A stretch of DNA of 64,000 nucleotides, taken from the IMG/VR virus record IMGVR_UViG_3300027770_000025, positions 186,001-250,000 of that record; one strand, given 5' to 3'. A program made the position numbers and the translations under genes. Position 1 is the first letter of the stretch; every line of letters starts with the position of its first letter. A model generated the notes under the pieces. The model was not told the DNA's origin. It was given only the letters and a program-made list of their open reading frames with translations, and searched no databases. Shown one piece after another: positions 16,577-25,718 of this stretch.

Positions 16577-18034
16577 TTATTTATTTTCAAAGTAGATTCC
16601 TGCATGGGCTTCACCCTTTGCTTTACCCGGACTATATTTATCTTCAGGCTCTTCAGTAACCACGAATGCCTTATTAGGGTTTACTATTAATCCCATTCTT
16701 CTCATTAGTGTTCTATTTGCTAAGAATGGTGTGCTTTTATCTGTTCTGCCGACAGGGGAAACTTTAACATTAGGTATTAGGCTTCCGTTAAATTCAAGGT
16801 TAATTTCTATGATAGGTCTAGTGTGTGTATCGCTTCCTATTTCAGCATCAGAATATCCAACGATATCATTAACGAACTTTTTATCACCAACTGACCAAAT
16901 AAGCTTTTTACCATTCTCTTCAATCTCGTCTGCATGAAGAGAGCAGGATTTTGCACCATTTCCTGTGTCAAATTTAGCTACCATGTCACCAATTCCAGGT
17001 ACAGATACTTTCTCAAGATAACCAATTTCTAAATTAGCATAGCTCCAATTAGCCTTATCTAAGATGTAATCAAGTACATCATTAACAATGGGTTTACCTA
17101 TAGCCTTGGAAATACCCTCGGTTCCAGGGGATGAATTAACCTCTAAAATATATGGTTTCTTAGTTTTCTTATCTATCATGATATCTACTCCACACCAGTG
17201 GCATCCAACTGCGTTAGCTGCTTTGCAAGCTATTTCTACTAAATCCTCTGGAATTTCGTAATTTGATACAGATCCGCCTAAAGAATAATTAGTTCTAAAA
17301 TCTTTATCTACCGCCTCTCTTTTCATAGACCCTAATATAATACAGTTGTCTGAAGATGGTTTGATTGGATCAAAGTTCTTAATTATAACCTGAATTCTAA
17401 GGTCAAAGTTTGAATCGATTTTTTCCTGAACTAATATCTCGCTGTTCTCGTCAAGTTTTCTTATCGTTTGATATACAGACTTTAAAGATGCGTAAGAATC
17501 CACAATAGAAACCCCGATACCTTGGGTTCCTGATAAAAGCTTCATGATGATTGGGAATTTGCCACCTATCTTTTCTAGTGCAGAATCAAGAAATTCCTCA
17601 TTCGGTACTAAAGCATATTTAGGAACGGGTAATCCCGCTTCCTCCATATATTGTGAAGTTATGTACTTATTTTCACAAACCTCAATGGATTCCAGTGTAT
17701 TCACAGTGAAATATCGGTCAGCTTCTAATTGTGTCAAAATTTGCTTAGTGTAAGAGTTTTCTATCACTCCTCTTCTTGGTATAATCACCGTTGAATTGGG
17801 ATCAATTAAAATTCCCTCTTTTCCAGTTTTTAATAGATGCCCATTATAAACTTTTTCTATCATCACTTGATTTACGTCAACCACATAGCATTCAACGCCC
17901 CTTTTTTCGCATTGTTCTGCGAAAGACTTAGATGTCTTACTTCCCTGCGTATTTCCAGTCAGAACTATAACCTTAGTAGTTTCACCTTTTGCTTCATTCA
18001 AAAAAGACCAAAAATCCAATACTTTACCAGCCAT
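16577..18034 (-). CDS. rimK: RimK-family ATP-grasp ligase fused to RimK-associated aspartic-protease-like domain
   Basis: CENK...LPVPK, PIIMKLLSGTQGIGV, LVQE...DLR, FRTNYSLGG, GVDIM, EVNSSPG; C-term AKFDTGNG...FLANR. Confidence 0.85.
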   Translation of the reverse strand: MAGKVLDFWSFLNEAKGETTKVIVLTGNTQGSKTSKSFAEQCEKRGVECYVVDVNQVMIEKVYNGHLLKTGKEGILIDPNSTVIIPRRGVIENSYTKQILTQLEADRYFTVNTLESIEVCENKYITSQYMEEAGLPVPKYALVPNEEFLDSALEKIGGKFPIIMKLLSGTQGIGVSIVDSYASLKSVYQTIRKLDENSEILVQEKIDSNFDLRIQVIIKNFDPIKPSSDNCIILGSMKREAVDKDFRTNYSLGGSVSNYEIPEDLVEIACKAANAVGCHWCGVDIMIDKKTKKPYILEVNSSPGTEGISKAIGKPIVNDVLDYILDKANWSYANLEIGYLEKVSVPGIGDMVAKFDTGNGAKSCSLHADEIEENGKKLIWSVGDKKFVNDIVGYSDAEIGSDTHTRPIIEINLEFNGSLIPNVKVSPVGRTDKSTPFLANRTLMRRMGLIVNPNKAFVVTEEPEDKYSPGKAKGEAHAGIYFENK

Positions 18035-18057
18035 TAATATTTTATTATTTTTATAAG

Positions 18058-18330
18058 CTATATATCACTTATCTGGTCTCTTAAAAAGTGCTTAACCATT
18101 ATTGCCTTCTTTAATTCGTTCAGCTCCTGTACAATTTCATGTTCTTCCTCTAAATAGAATAGGTCAATCATCTGATCCAGATTAAATAGCTTAGTTATTG
18201 AGCCTATAGAATTTGTTTGAATATACCGTTTTTTACCCTTTAGGACTAGTTCGGTCTCTTCTAATATGAATTTACGGTATAAATCATAGTTATCAAGTAT
18301 GTTCCCCTGTGGCGTGTTTTCTCTCTCCAT
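18058..18330 (-). CDS. Hypothetical protein
   Basis: ORF track. Confidence 0.55.
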   Translation of the reverse strand: MERENTPQGNILDNYDLYRKFILEETELVLKGKKRYIQTNSIGSITKLFNLDQMIDLFYLEEEHEIVQELNELKKAIMVKHFLRDQISDI

Positions 18331-18502
18331 TGGATTTTATTTTTTCATAAAGCGAATCAAGATAGTCCACAGATTCCTTAGGACCTATTAGAGCATCTGA
18401 TTTTCCCACAACAGCATCCAGAAATTCCTGGTCCGAATTATAGTCCTTCCTTCTTTCCTTTAGTACCTCTATCTTCTGAATATATCTTTTGTTGAATCCC
18501 AT
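18293..18502 (-). CDS. Hypothetical protein
   Basis: ORF track. Confidence 0.55.
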   Translation of the reverse strand: MGFNKRYIQKIEVLKERRKDYNSDQEFLDAVVGKSDALIGPKESVDYLDSLYEKIKSNGERKHATGEHT

Positions 18503-18506
18503 AGTG

Positions 18507-19655
18507 TTAAAATAAAGCGTTTATTAAGAATAAATTTGGACTTATTGTATTGTAGCCCATAACCTCAATGAATCTATTAATAGGATCCAGAATTGTTTTG
18601 GTAAATTGCATGTCATGGTCTATCGGGGGTGCATATTCATAAGGATAAGTTCCCTGTGCATAAGCAAAAACGTTATTGTCCATAATGGACTTAGTCTTAA
18701 CAAAATAATAATTGATTTTTTCTCCACTTCTAATTAATGGGTACTTGTCTTTATATTTTGATCTGTTCAGCAGAAGATTATGATAAGCTGCTGCTCTAAC
18801 TTGAATAGGACATCCCTTTGTGACTTCTAATGCACTTACATCATTAAGGATATACTTTTCATAGTTATTAATTGCTATTGCGGCAGAGATGTTCCTAGGC
18901 TCTTGTATTTTAAAGTCTCTTTTAATATCTTTAAGCTCTCTTACAAATTCTCTTATATCGAATGCACGGCCTTTAGCAAAAATGAATTTCGTTAGGTAAA
19001 TTAGTTTCTCCCTAACAAAAGGTGGGGTTCCGCCTTTGATCATTTCCACTCCTACTGTCTTTATCTGTGAGAGTGGATCCATATGTAGACCATCTGAATA
19101 AACTAGATTAGTAACATACTTCTTCTTTCCTAAGAATATACCATTTATTGCCAGGTTCTCCATCTCGAAATCCTGGTAATTTATCGTGCCCCATTTTTTG
19201 GAGTATTTCTCAAAGCATGCTTTAAGATAATCTGCTAACCTATATTCGTTTATTTTTAAAATAAGATCTTTCGGATCGCCATTCCAATCACACGAATCTA
19301 CTACCTCCTGAAAGGTAACATAGTTAGAATCGGTGTCTCCATAAATAACAAGAGGTTTAGAAACTCTCTTAACCTTAGTTAATTCTAGCTTGTCGTGGAG
19401 TTCCTTATCTACATGCCAATACTCATGAAAATATTTATGAAGCACCTTCTCCGAATATTTGATCAAGTCCTGGCCCTGAAGTGTCACTGCCTCCGCAACG
19501 TCAGGGTTAAAGCAAACAAACCAATTATTTCCAATCGCTCCGTAGATGGAGTTCATCGTTAATTTTACAGCCTGTTCCTCGTTCTTTAACTCGTTCTTTA
19601 GTGAGGTAAGTTTTTCTATTCTTTCTTCAATTTCTTTTATTTCTTCCTGATTCAT
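18507..19655 (-). CDS. Family-B DNA polymerase, C-terminal subunit (gp43B-like)
   Basis: Motif B KLTMNSIYG, motif C YGDTDS, KKKY, GVEMIK; no exonuclease or motif A. Confidence 0.92.
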   Translation of the reverse strand: MNQEEIKEIEERIEKLTSLKNELKNEEQAVKLTMNSIYGAIGNNWFVCFNPDVAEAVTLQGQDLIKYSEKVLHKYFHEYWHVDKELHDKLELTKVKRVSKPLVIYGDTDSNYVTFQEVVDSCDWNGDPKDLILKINEYRLADYLKACFEKYSKKWGTINYQDFEMENLAINGIFLGKKKYVTNLVYSDGLHMDPLSQIKTVGVEMIKGGTPPFVREKLIYLTKFIFAKGRAFDIREFVRELKDIKRDFKIQEPRNISAAIAINNYEKYILNDVSALEVTKGCPIQVRAAAYHNLLLNRSKYKDKYPLIRSGEKINYYFVKTKSIMDNNVFAYAQGTYPYEYAPPIDHDMQFTKTILDPINRFIEVMGYNTISPNLFLINALF

Positions 19656-20588
19656 TTATCTTAAATTTGTTGGGTCATTTGATACCCTACCTATATTTTC
19701 AGGATTTCTTGGTGATTTTAGATAAACCCAATTGCTTCCATCGAATGTATTCCAGTAAATATAATCACTTGGCCCCTGATTGGTTTCGATGAAATCATAG
19801 CCAAAATTTCTTCTGCAGAAATTTAGAAAATTGAATCCCCCTGGATTTTTAACTATTTTACCATTCAAATCATTTATAAGCAATCCTGAGATAGATTGAT
19901 CGTGTCTGTGTCCAACTTTACCACAGTTTCCGACATCAACTCCGTAAAAATCCCTTACTGGTTCATCCAATGATGATAAACTAGCACACTCATCTATAAG
20001 ATTCCATTTTAACCACTCAGATACAAAATCTAGGGTTTTCTTTGATTTTTGAAAGACCATCATGCCTGAAGCATGCTGTATGGAATGGCGATACTTTTGC
20101 ATGTCCATTCTATTCATACAGGACTCTGTGGTAAAGTTCTCATGCGTATGTGGAGCAACTTCGTTATTAACTATCCAAACACTTTCAGTGCTAAGTATAC
20201 CACCGTTTGAGTTGCACAGTTCTTTTATAACGTCAAGGCTAAACACCGAAGAATCGAACGATAGATTAGTCCAATGCTCGGGGGAAACGTCATTATAGAT
20301 TAAAAAATCTCCATCCCCTATTGACTTTAAAGCTTCTAGGATAGTGAATGGCTTATAGCATCTACCGTTCATAGCAGGATCATAATTATCTAGCATCTTT
20401 TTATTCTCCTTATAGAAATCTGTCGATAGTATATCATTAAATTTCCAAAAGAAAAAATTAGAGAATTCCATATGGGAATTACCTCTAAGAGTTTCTAAAA
20501 TAAAATCCTGAGTTGATGAATATTTGCCATCCTTACGCCCATATCTGTCATCAGATACGGTTACAAATGAAATGTTGCTTGTGCTCAT
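19656..20588 (-). CDS. Putative GT-A glycosyltransferase
   Basis: YKP, LIYND, SGMMVFQK...FVSEW, HRHDQS motifs. Confidence 0.6.
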   Translation of the reverse strand: MSTSNISFVTVSDDRYGRKDGKYSSTQDFILETLRGNSHMEFSNFFFWKFNDILSTDFYKENKKMLDNYDPAMNGRCYKPFTILEALKSIGDGDFLIYNDVSPEHWTNLSFDSSVFSLDVIKELCNSNGGILSTESVWIVNNEVAPHTHENFTTESCMNRMDMQKYRHSIQHASGMMVFQKSKKTLDFVSEWLKWNLIDECASLSSLDEPVRDFYGVDVGNCGKVGHRHDQSISGLLINDLNGKIVKNPGGFNFLNFCRRNFGYDFIETNQGPSDYIYWNTFDGSNWVYLKSPRNPENIGRVSNDPTNLR

Positions 20589-20594
20589 TAATTA

Positions 20595-21356
20595 TTATTT
20601 TTCAACTAATCCTATCGCAATCGAAGTAGACGATTGTTCAGAGCACATGACCAATCTGTTATCGTGTACGTAAACTTGGCAAGTCTCAGCTTCCATGTAT
20701 GATAATTGTCCTTTGTATATGTTTGAGATAACAGATTCCGACGTGGTTATTTCAGAAGCACCCAAATTAAGTTTGTATCTGAATGAGTCACCAAATGAAT
20801 GCGCATTTTTTTCGTTTATTTCAAATGCTAATACTTCCTCTGAGTTTGTTTCCAATCCACATAAGGAAAGAATTGTGGTAAAGTCTGATTGGTAGATCTT
20901 GAATTGTGCAACTGCATCTTCCTGTGAATGTACCATGCTTAAGATTTTATCTTCGACATAAGATAATAATCCTAGATCTGCACATCTTAATCTGATGTTT
21001 AATGAAGCAGAGATAAGTTTAATCTCAGTAGATACGCAATCACCATCTACATTATCAGTAGTAAGTTCTAAGTAAACGTCCTCTTCTGGTCTAAAGTGTT
21101 TAAATGCTTCTATTAATCTTGTAGCATCCAAAATACCAATTTTAATCCTATCAGTTTTTAATTTTGTCCAATCAACATCTCCCTCCATAACATCAGATAA
21201 TAAAATACTAGTGTATTTCATAACCGATTTATCCGCGGTGTGAACTTTTGAGAATAAGCTATCCTTCGTCAATTCAAGGATTACACTTTTTTCTACTGAT
21301 TTAAGTCTTTTTAAAAAGACTAGAAAATTTTGGATGCTCGTTATTCTTAATTTCAT
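20595..21356 (-). CDS. DNA polymerase sliding clamp (gp45/PCNA-like)
   Basis: 253 aa, two-domain alternating beta/alpha pattern, adjacent to the polymerase. Confidence 0.65.
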   Translation of the reverse strand: MKLRITSIQNFLVFLKRLKSVEKSVILELTKDSLFSKVHTADKSVMKYTSILLSDVMEGDVDWTKLKTDRIKIGILDATRLIEAFKHFRPEEDVYLELTTDNVDGDCVSTEIKLISASLNIRLRCADLGLLSYVEDKILSMVHSQEDAVAQFKIYQSDFTTILSLCGLETNSEEVLAFEINEKNAHSFGDSFRYKLNLGASEITTSESVISNIYKGQLSYMEAETCQVYVHDNRLVMCSEQSSTSIAIGLVEK

Positions 21357-21393
21357 TTTCTTATTATTTAATAGTTCTAGATTTATTTTGCAA

Positions 21394-22800
21394 TTAAATT
21401 TCGTTTTCTTCTAAATTTTCATCCGAAATTACTGTATCCTCTTCATCTGGTACCTGATAAACTTCTATTCCCTCTATCTGATTTGTCTCGAATAGATTTA
21501 TCATGGGTTTGAATGACTTAATTTTACCTAATGCCTGTATTTTCTTAGCCGCTTCTTTGTGTATTTTTTCCTGATCCTTTACAAGCTTTTTAGCTTCAGT
21601 TATTTTTTCTTTTAACTCTTTGATATCAATCTCGGTTTGTTTAATATGATCAGAGCTTAGCCTTATTATTTCAATCCTCTGCAATCTCTGGGAGATCCAA
21701 TTTTCAAATTCTCCCAGAAATGCTATGATCTCATCGTTTGTTCTTTTCTTAGATATCATGAAATTAAGGAACTTTAGTTTTGCTTCCAAAAACTGTAGCT
21801 CTCTAGAATAGTCGCTAAGATCCTTTAATAACCTTTTTAGCTTAACCAATTCAAGATGACCCTTGAAATGATCTAAGTACTCTTTGACAGAGGTGAATTC
21901 CATAACGCCACCGTCACGAATGAATATAACATCCTCTGTAACTATAATCTTACACATCCTTGATATGATTTCAACAATTTCGGTAAACCTGGTATTATCC
22001 ATACCCCTTAGTGAAACTATAAGATCGCATTTACTTTGTGACCTGTTCTCTATCCTATACTCACATCCGGAGTTTTCTAATTTAGAATCTAGCTTATTTA
22101 TAAAGCTATCATATCTCATTACCGGTGGTAAATCGTAGATGTGTATTGTTTTTTTCTTAGCATCAACATCAAATCCACTTTCAAATAACCACGTATTATC
22201 CTCGTTTCTAAATTTTGATATCTTACCTGAGAAATCCTTAAAATATGGTTTAAGCAATTTCGGAGATCCATTTAGATATTCTATAATATCTTCTAATTTT
22301 CTAGGAAGGATGTTACTTCTGTACCCTACTGCAATACCAACAACGTGAGTTAGTAATCCAACAGGAACTTCAACATGAAGCCAATCGTGGCCACCCTCTT
22401 CGTTCTTGTCATTAAGATCATAGTTTTTGAATAGAAAATCTTTGATCTTGCTATTGATTTTAACCGACGTGTATCTGGGAGCAGATGGACTTGGATTGAC
22501 TGGGGATCCAAAGAATCCGTCACCTTCTAAAACACTGAATGAGCATCCGAAAGGTCTAGCTAATTTAGATATAGCTCCAGAAAGTGAAGAATCCCCATGA
22601 TGGTAAAGCCCGGTTTTGATTACCTCTCCAACCAAGCCAATGGTCTTATTAAATTTTCCAGGGGAGTTCTCTAATATTAATCTCTGAACTGGGGTTAAAG
22701 CATCATAGAAATTTGGTATACCTCTGCTTTGTAAAACATATAATGCGTACGTTCTATATTGATGATTTATTTGATCCGATATGCTTAAATTTTGTAACAT
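21394..22800 (-). CDS. Type IIA topoisomerase subunit A (gp52/GyrA-like)
   Basis: DALTPVQR, YHHGDSS, GFFGS, APRYT catalytic Tyr, GIAVGY. Confidence 0.93.
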   Translation of the reverse strand: MLQNLSISDQINHQYRTYALYVLQSRGIPNFYDALTPVQRLILENSPGKFNKTIGLVGEVIKTGLYHHGDSSLSGAISKLARPFGCSFSVLEGDGFFGSPVNPSPSAPRYTSVKINSKIKDFLFKNYDLNDKNEEGGHDWLHVEVPVGLLTHVVGIAVGYRSNILPRKLEDIIEYLNGSPKLLKPYFKDFSGKISKFRNEDNTWLFESGFDVDAKKKTIHIYDLPPVMRYDSFINKLDSKLENSGCEYRIENRSQSKCDLIVSLRGMDNTRFTEIVEIISRMCKIIVTEDVIFIRDGGVMEFTSVKEYLDHFKGHLELVKLKRLLKDLSDYSRELQFLEAKLKFLNFMISKKRTNDEIIAFLGEFENWISQRLQRIEIIRLSSDHIKQTEIDIKELKEKITEAKKLVKDQEKIHKEAAKKIQALGKIKSFKPMINLFETNQIEGIEVYQVPDEEDTVISDENLEENEI

Positions 22801-22815
22801 TATAAATTTTTATTA

Positions 22816-23127
22816 TTAACTGTTTCTTGAGCCCTTAACTAGATAAATTATAAACGATTCGATCAATACTGAAACACCGCTTTGAATTATTGGGTATGCT
22901 ATGTAGCCAACCCATTTGTATGTTGTTATGTAAGGAACTTCATCTAGTGCTAAAAGTGGAACGAATATAATTATCCCAACCCATAACCCTGTGCATTGTA
23001 TACAGGAAAGTAGTTTTCCAAAAAATGGATACTTTACAAGAAGGTAATTTCTAAGTGGATCAAATATAGATCCGTTTACTAGGATTGACGTAAGTGACCA
23101 TCCAAGAAATAAATATAGTGTAATCAT
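22816..23127 (-). CDS. DUF1360-like membrane protein
   Basis: IFDPLR...LLSCIQCTGLWVG, several TM segments. Confidence 0.6.
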   Translation of the reverse strand: MITLYLFLGWSLTSILVNGSIFDPLRNYLLVKYPFFGKLLSCIQCTGLWVGIIIFVPLLALDEVPYITTYKWVGYIAYPIIQSGVSVLIESFIIYLVKGSRNS

Positions 23128-23130
23128 AGT

Positions 23131-24174
23131 TTAAAAATATTCTATTGCTTTCATTTGTTCTTCTGTAAGGAATTCTGGTATTTTAACATTTACCTGGACT
23201 AGGATGTCACCAAATCCAAATCCATTAAATTCTGGTAATCCTTTGCCTTTTAATCTAAATATCTTACCTGGTTGTGTTCCAGGGGGAACTTTTATTCTAA
23301 AGCTAGATCCGGTTAAGTTGGGAAAATCCATTTCAGTACCTAGACAAATATCTTTGAATGAAATGTATTTCTCGCTTACTAAATTTATGCCATCTCTACG
23401 ATAAACAGGATGTGCATATTCTTCTATTGCTACAACAAGATCTCCTGGATTTGAAGGTGCCTTTGCCCAATCACCTTTAGCAGCCAAAACGTAAGAAACA
23501 CCATCTATAGATCCTTTAGGTATATTGAAATCAACCTCTTCCTCTTTTTTAACCGTACCTGTTCCTGAACAGTCATTACATGGCTTTCTAGGTTTAGTCC
23601 CATGTCCTCCGCAAGATCTACATGTTTCCTGTGTAACCATTTCTCCGAATTGATATTGAATAGTTTTATTAACCCTACCAATTCCCCCGCATGCAGAACA
23701 ATTTACAACGTCAGCATTTTCTGCACCGGTACCTTTACATGGATCGCAGTGGACTCTTCTATTAAGTTTGATCCTCTTATTTACCCCCGTCATCATCTCC
23801 TCCAAAGTTAAAGCTACGATAGTGTTTATATTTCTACCCTTGTTTACCATTGGCTCTTGAGATCTCTTACCCTGACCATTGAAAAACGATGAGAAGTCTC
23901 CGCTTTGAAATGGATTTGTTCCGTTCCAGAACTGTTCAAATGGATTACCCCCACCCGCTCCAGAGAATGGACTTGGGTTATCGTGTTTTGATTTTTTGTT
24001 CGGGTCAGATAAATTATCATAAGCCTCAGAAACCTCTTTAAATTTTTTCTCCGCATCGGGATCATTCCCTGTTTTGTCCGGATGATATTTTATAGCTAAC
24101 TTTCGGTAAGCCTTTTTTATTTCATCTGGTGAAGCTCCTTTATGAACTCCTAATATTTGATAGTAATCTTTCAT
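23131..24174 (-). CDS. dnaJ: Chaperone DnaJ
   Basis: J domain with HPD, G/F region, four CxxCxGxG repeats. Confidence 0.95.
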   Translation of the reverse strand: MKDYYQILGVHKGASPDEIKKAYRKLAIKYHPDKTGNDPDAEKKFKEVSEAYDNLSDPNKKSKHDNPSPFSGAGGGNPFEQFWNGTNPFQSGDFSSFFNGQGKRSQEPMVNKGRNINTIVALTLEEMMTGVNKRIKLNRRVHCDPCKGTGAENADVVNCSACGGIGRVNKTIQYQFGEMVTQETCRSCGGHGTKPRKPCNDCSGTGTVKKEEEVDFNIPKGSIDGVSYVLAAKGDWAKAPSNPGDLVVAIEEYAHPVYRRDGINLVSEKYISFKDICLGTEMDFPNLTGSSFRIKVPPGTQPGKIFRLKGKGLPEFNGFGFGDILVQVNVKIPEFLTEEQMKAIEYF

Positions 24175-24184
24175 CTTGTTATTT

Positions 24185-24520
24185 CTAAGATTTAAAAAGG
24201 TTTTTTATTCTAGAAATACTTGGAGATTCCTCTATAAATTCCCTGTTTTTCCATCTTTCTTTAAATTCTTTGCTTAAATCTAGAACTTCCTTGCAAACTT
24301 CATAATCTTCTAATCCTTCCCAATAATTGAGAATCCTTTCAGTAAATTTATCTAGCTGGAACTCGTCATTAAACACATAAAGTAAATCGTTAGTTCTACT
24401 TCTCAGCGAATCTATAAAAAGATCCTGAACTGCTCTTTCTATATGCTTCTTTATAACTTCGAACTGCGGATGTTCCCCTTCGTTTCTGAAATCATTTATT
24501 TGGAAGCCCCCGCTGTTCAT
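24185..24520 (-). CDS. Hypothetical protein
   Basis: ORF; [10 protein letters not shown] resembles the motif in 9907..10095. Confidence 0.6.
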   Translation of the reverse strand: MNSGGFQINDFRNEGEHPQFEVIKKHIERAVQDLFIDSLRSRTNDLLYVFNDEFQLDKFTERILNYWEGLEDYEVCKEVLDLSKEFKERWKNREFIEESPSISRIKNLFKS

Positions 24521-24523
24521 ACT

Positions 24524-24763
24524 TTATATCGAAAATTCATTTAGTATTCTAGCTACAGTGTTGAAATTATCAATATCATAAAGATCGGTCATTTCCAACC
24601 CAGATTCTTTGATACCTAAATCTGTTTTTTCTTTACCGAAACTGTCACAAAGATATTCATACTTTACCAAAGCTTCCATATTACTATCAACAGTATATTT
24701 AATCTCCTCTGTGTTTTCTTTATTAAGAATCATATTCTCAAAGTTCTGTATGTTCTCTCTCAT
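24524..24763 (-). CDS. Hypothetical protein
   Basis: ORF track. Confidence 0.55.
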   Translation of the reverse strand: MRENIQNFENMILNKENTEEIKYTVDSNMEALVKYEYLCDSFGKEKTDLGIKESGLEMTDLYDIDNFNTVARILNEFSI

Positions 24764-25682
24764 AATTTAATATTTTTTTATTTTCTTTTAAGAATTTGAG
24801 CAAAGCCAAATCCTTCATTTTTACTTCAAACTCTATATCAAAATTAAGTCCATAAGTTTCGACATTTCCCCATACCCAGTCTGTATGAGCAAGCTCTTTT
24901 GATGATTCGTCCTCATAAAGTTTTTTAGAATCAGAGTAGTGTGTAATAGCAGGTATTTCTTTAGGCCAAGTAGATAGGCATAGAGCTAGTGCTTCTTCCT
25001 CATTAAGTATTGACGGGTTACATCGATTATGCAAATAATCAAAAGTAATTGGAATTCCAATGTTTTTATGGATTAAATGGAATAGATTAACCGCTGTATA
25101 CTGTGATTTCTTATCGTCAACTTCAACGACCAGTCTTTTCTTAACTGAATCTGATAGTCTTTCGAAATTTAAACAGAATCTTTCTGCAGCTTCTTCTTTG
25201 GATGGTTGTGTCGTATTTACGTGTATATTTATGGGATAAAATAAACTCCTATCTAAACCCATTAGATCAAAGATTTCTCCATGCTGGTTCAATTCTTTTA
25301 TTGCTTTAATAACTACTGATGGATTCACTGAAGCTAAAACGCCATACGGTGATGGGTGAAATGTTATCCTCTGATCAGTTCTCTTTGCAAAATCTCCACA
25401 TGATTTCAATATCTCTAAGATAGCCTGATAATCAGGGAGATCCATTATTTCATATTCAGAGCACCAGGGAAAGATGTCACTGGACATCCTAAACATCCTT
25501 ATGTTATTATCATCATTCCACTCTAGTATCTGTCTGAGATCTAATACATTCTTTAGAGCAAGTTCGGAGGCATAAGCAATACCCTTTTCTTCAAAGGTCT
25601 TTTTGACCATTCCCCTATTTGTAGAAATTTTGTCCTTAGCTAAACTTAAATTTATACAACAATAACCATATCTTCTTTCCAT
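24738..25682 (-). CDS. uvsE: UV DNA damage endonuclease
   Basis: GYCCIN, FRMSSDIFPW, RITFHP, INIH, LVVEVDD, FDYLH, HYSD, HTD, EVKMKD. Confidence 0.92.
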   Translation of the reverse strand: MERRYGYCCINLSLAKDKISTNRGMVKKTFEEKGIAYASELALKNVLDLRQILEWNDDNNIRMFRMSSDIFPWCSEYEIMDLPDYQAILEILKSCGDFAKRTDQRITFHPSPYGVLASVNPSVVIKAIKELNQHGEIFDLMGLDRSLFYPINIHVNTTQPSKEEAAERFCLNFERLSDSVKKRLVVEVDDKKSQYTAVNLFHLIHKNIGIPITFDYLHNRCNPSILNEEEALALCLSTWPKEIPAITHYSDSKKLYEDESSKELAHTDWVWGNVETYGLNFDIEFEVKMKDLALLKFLKENKKILNYEREHTEL

Positions 25683-25718
25683 TCGGTAAATGTATTAAAA
25701 TATCCCGGTATAAAAAAA

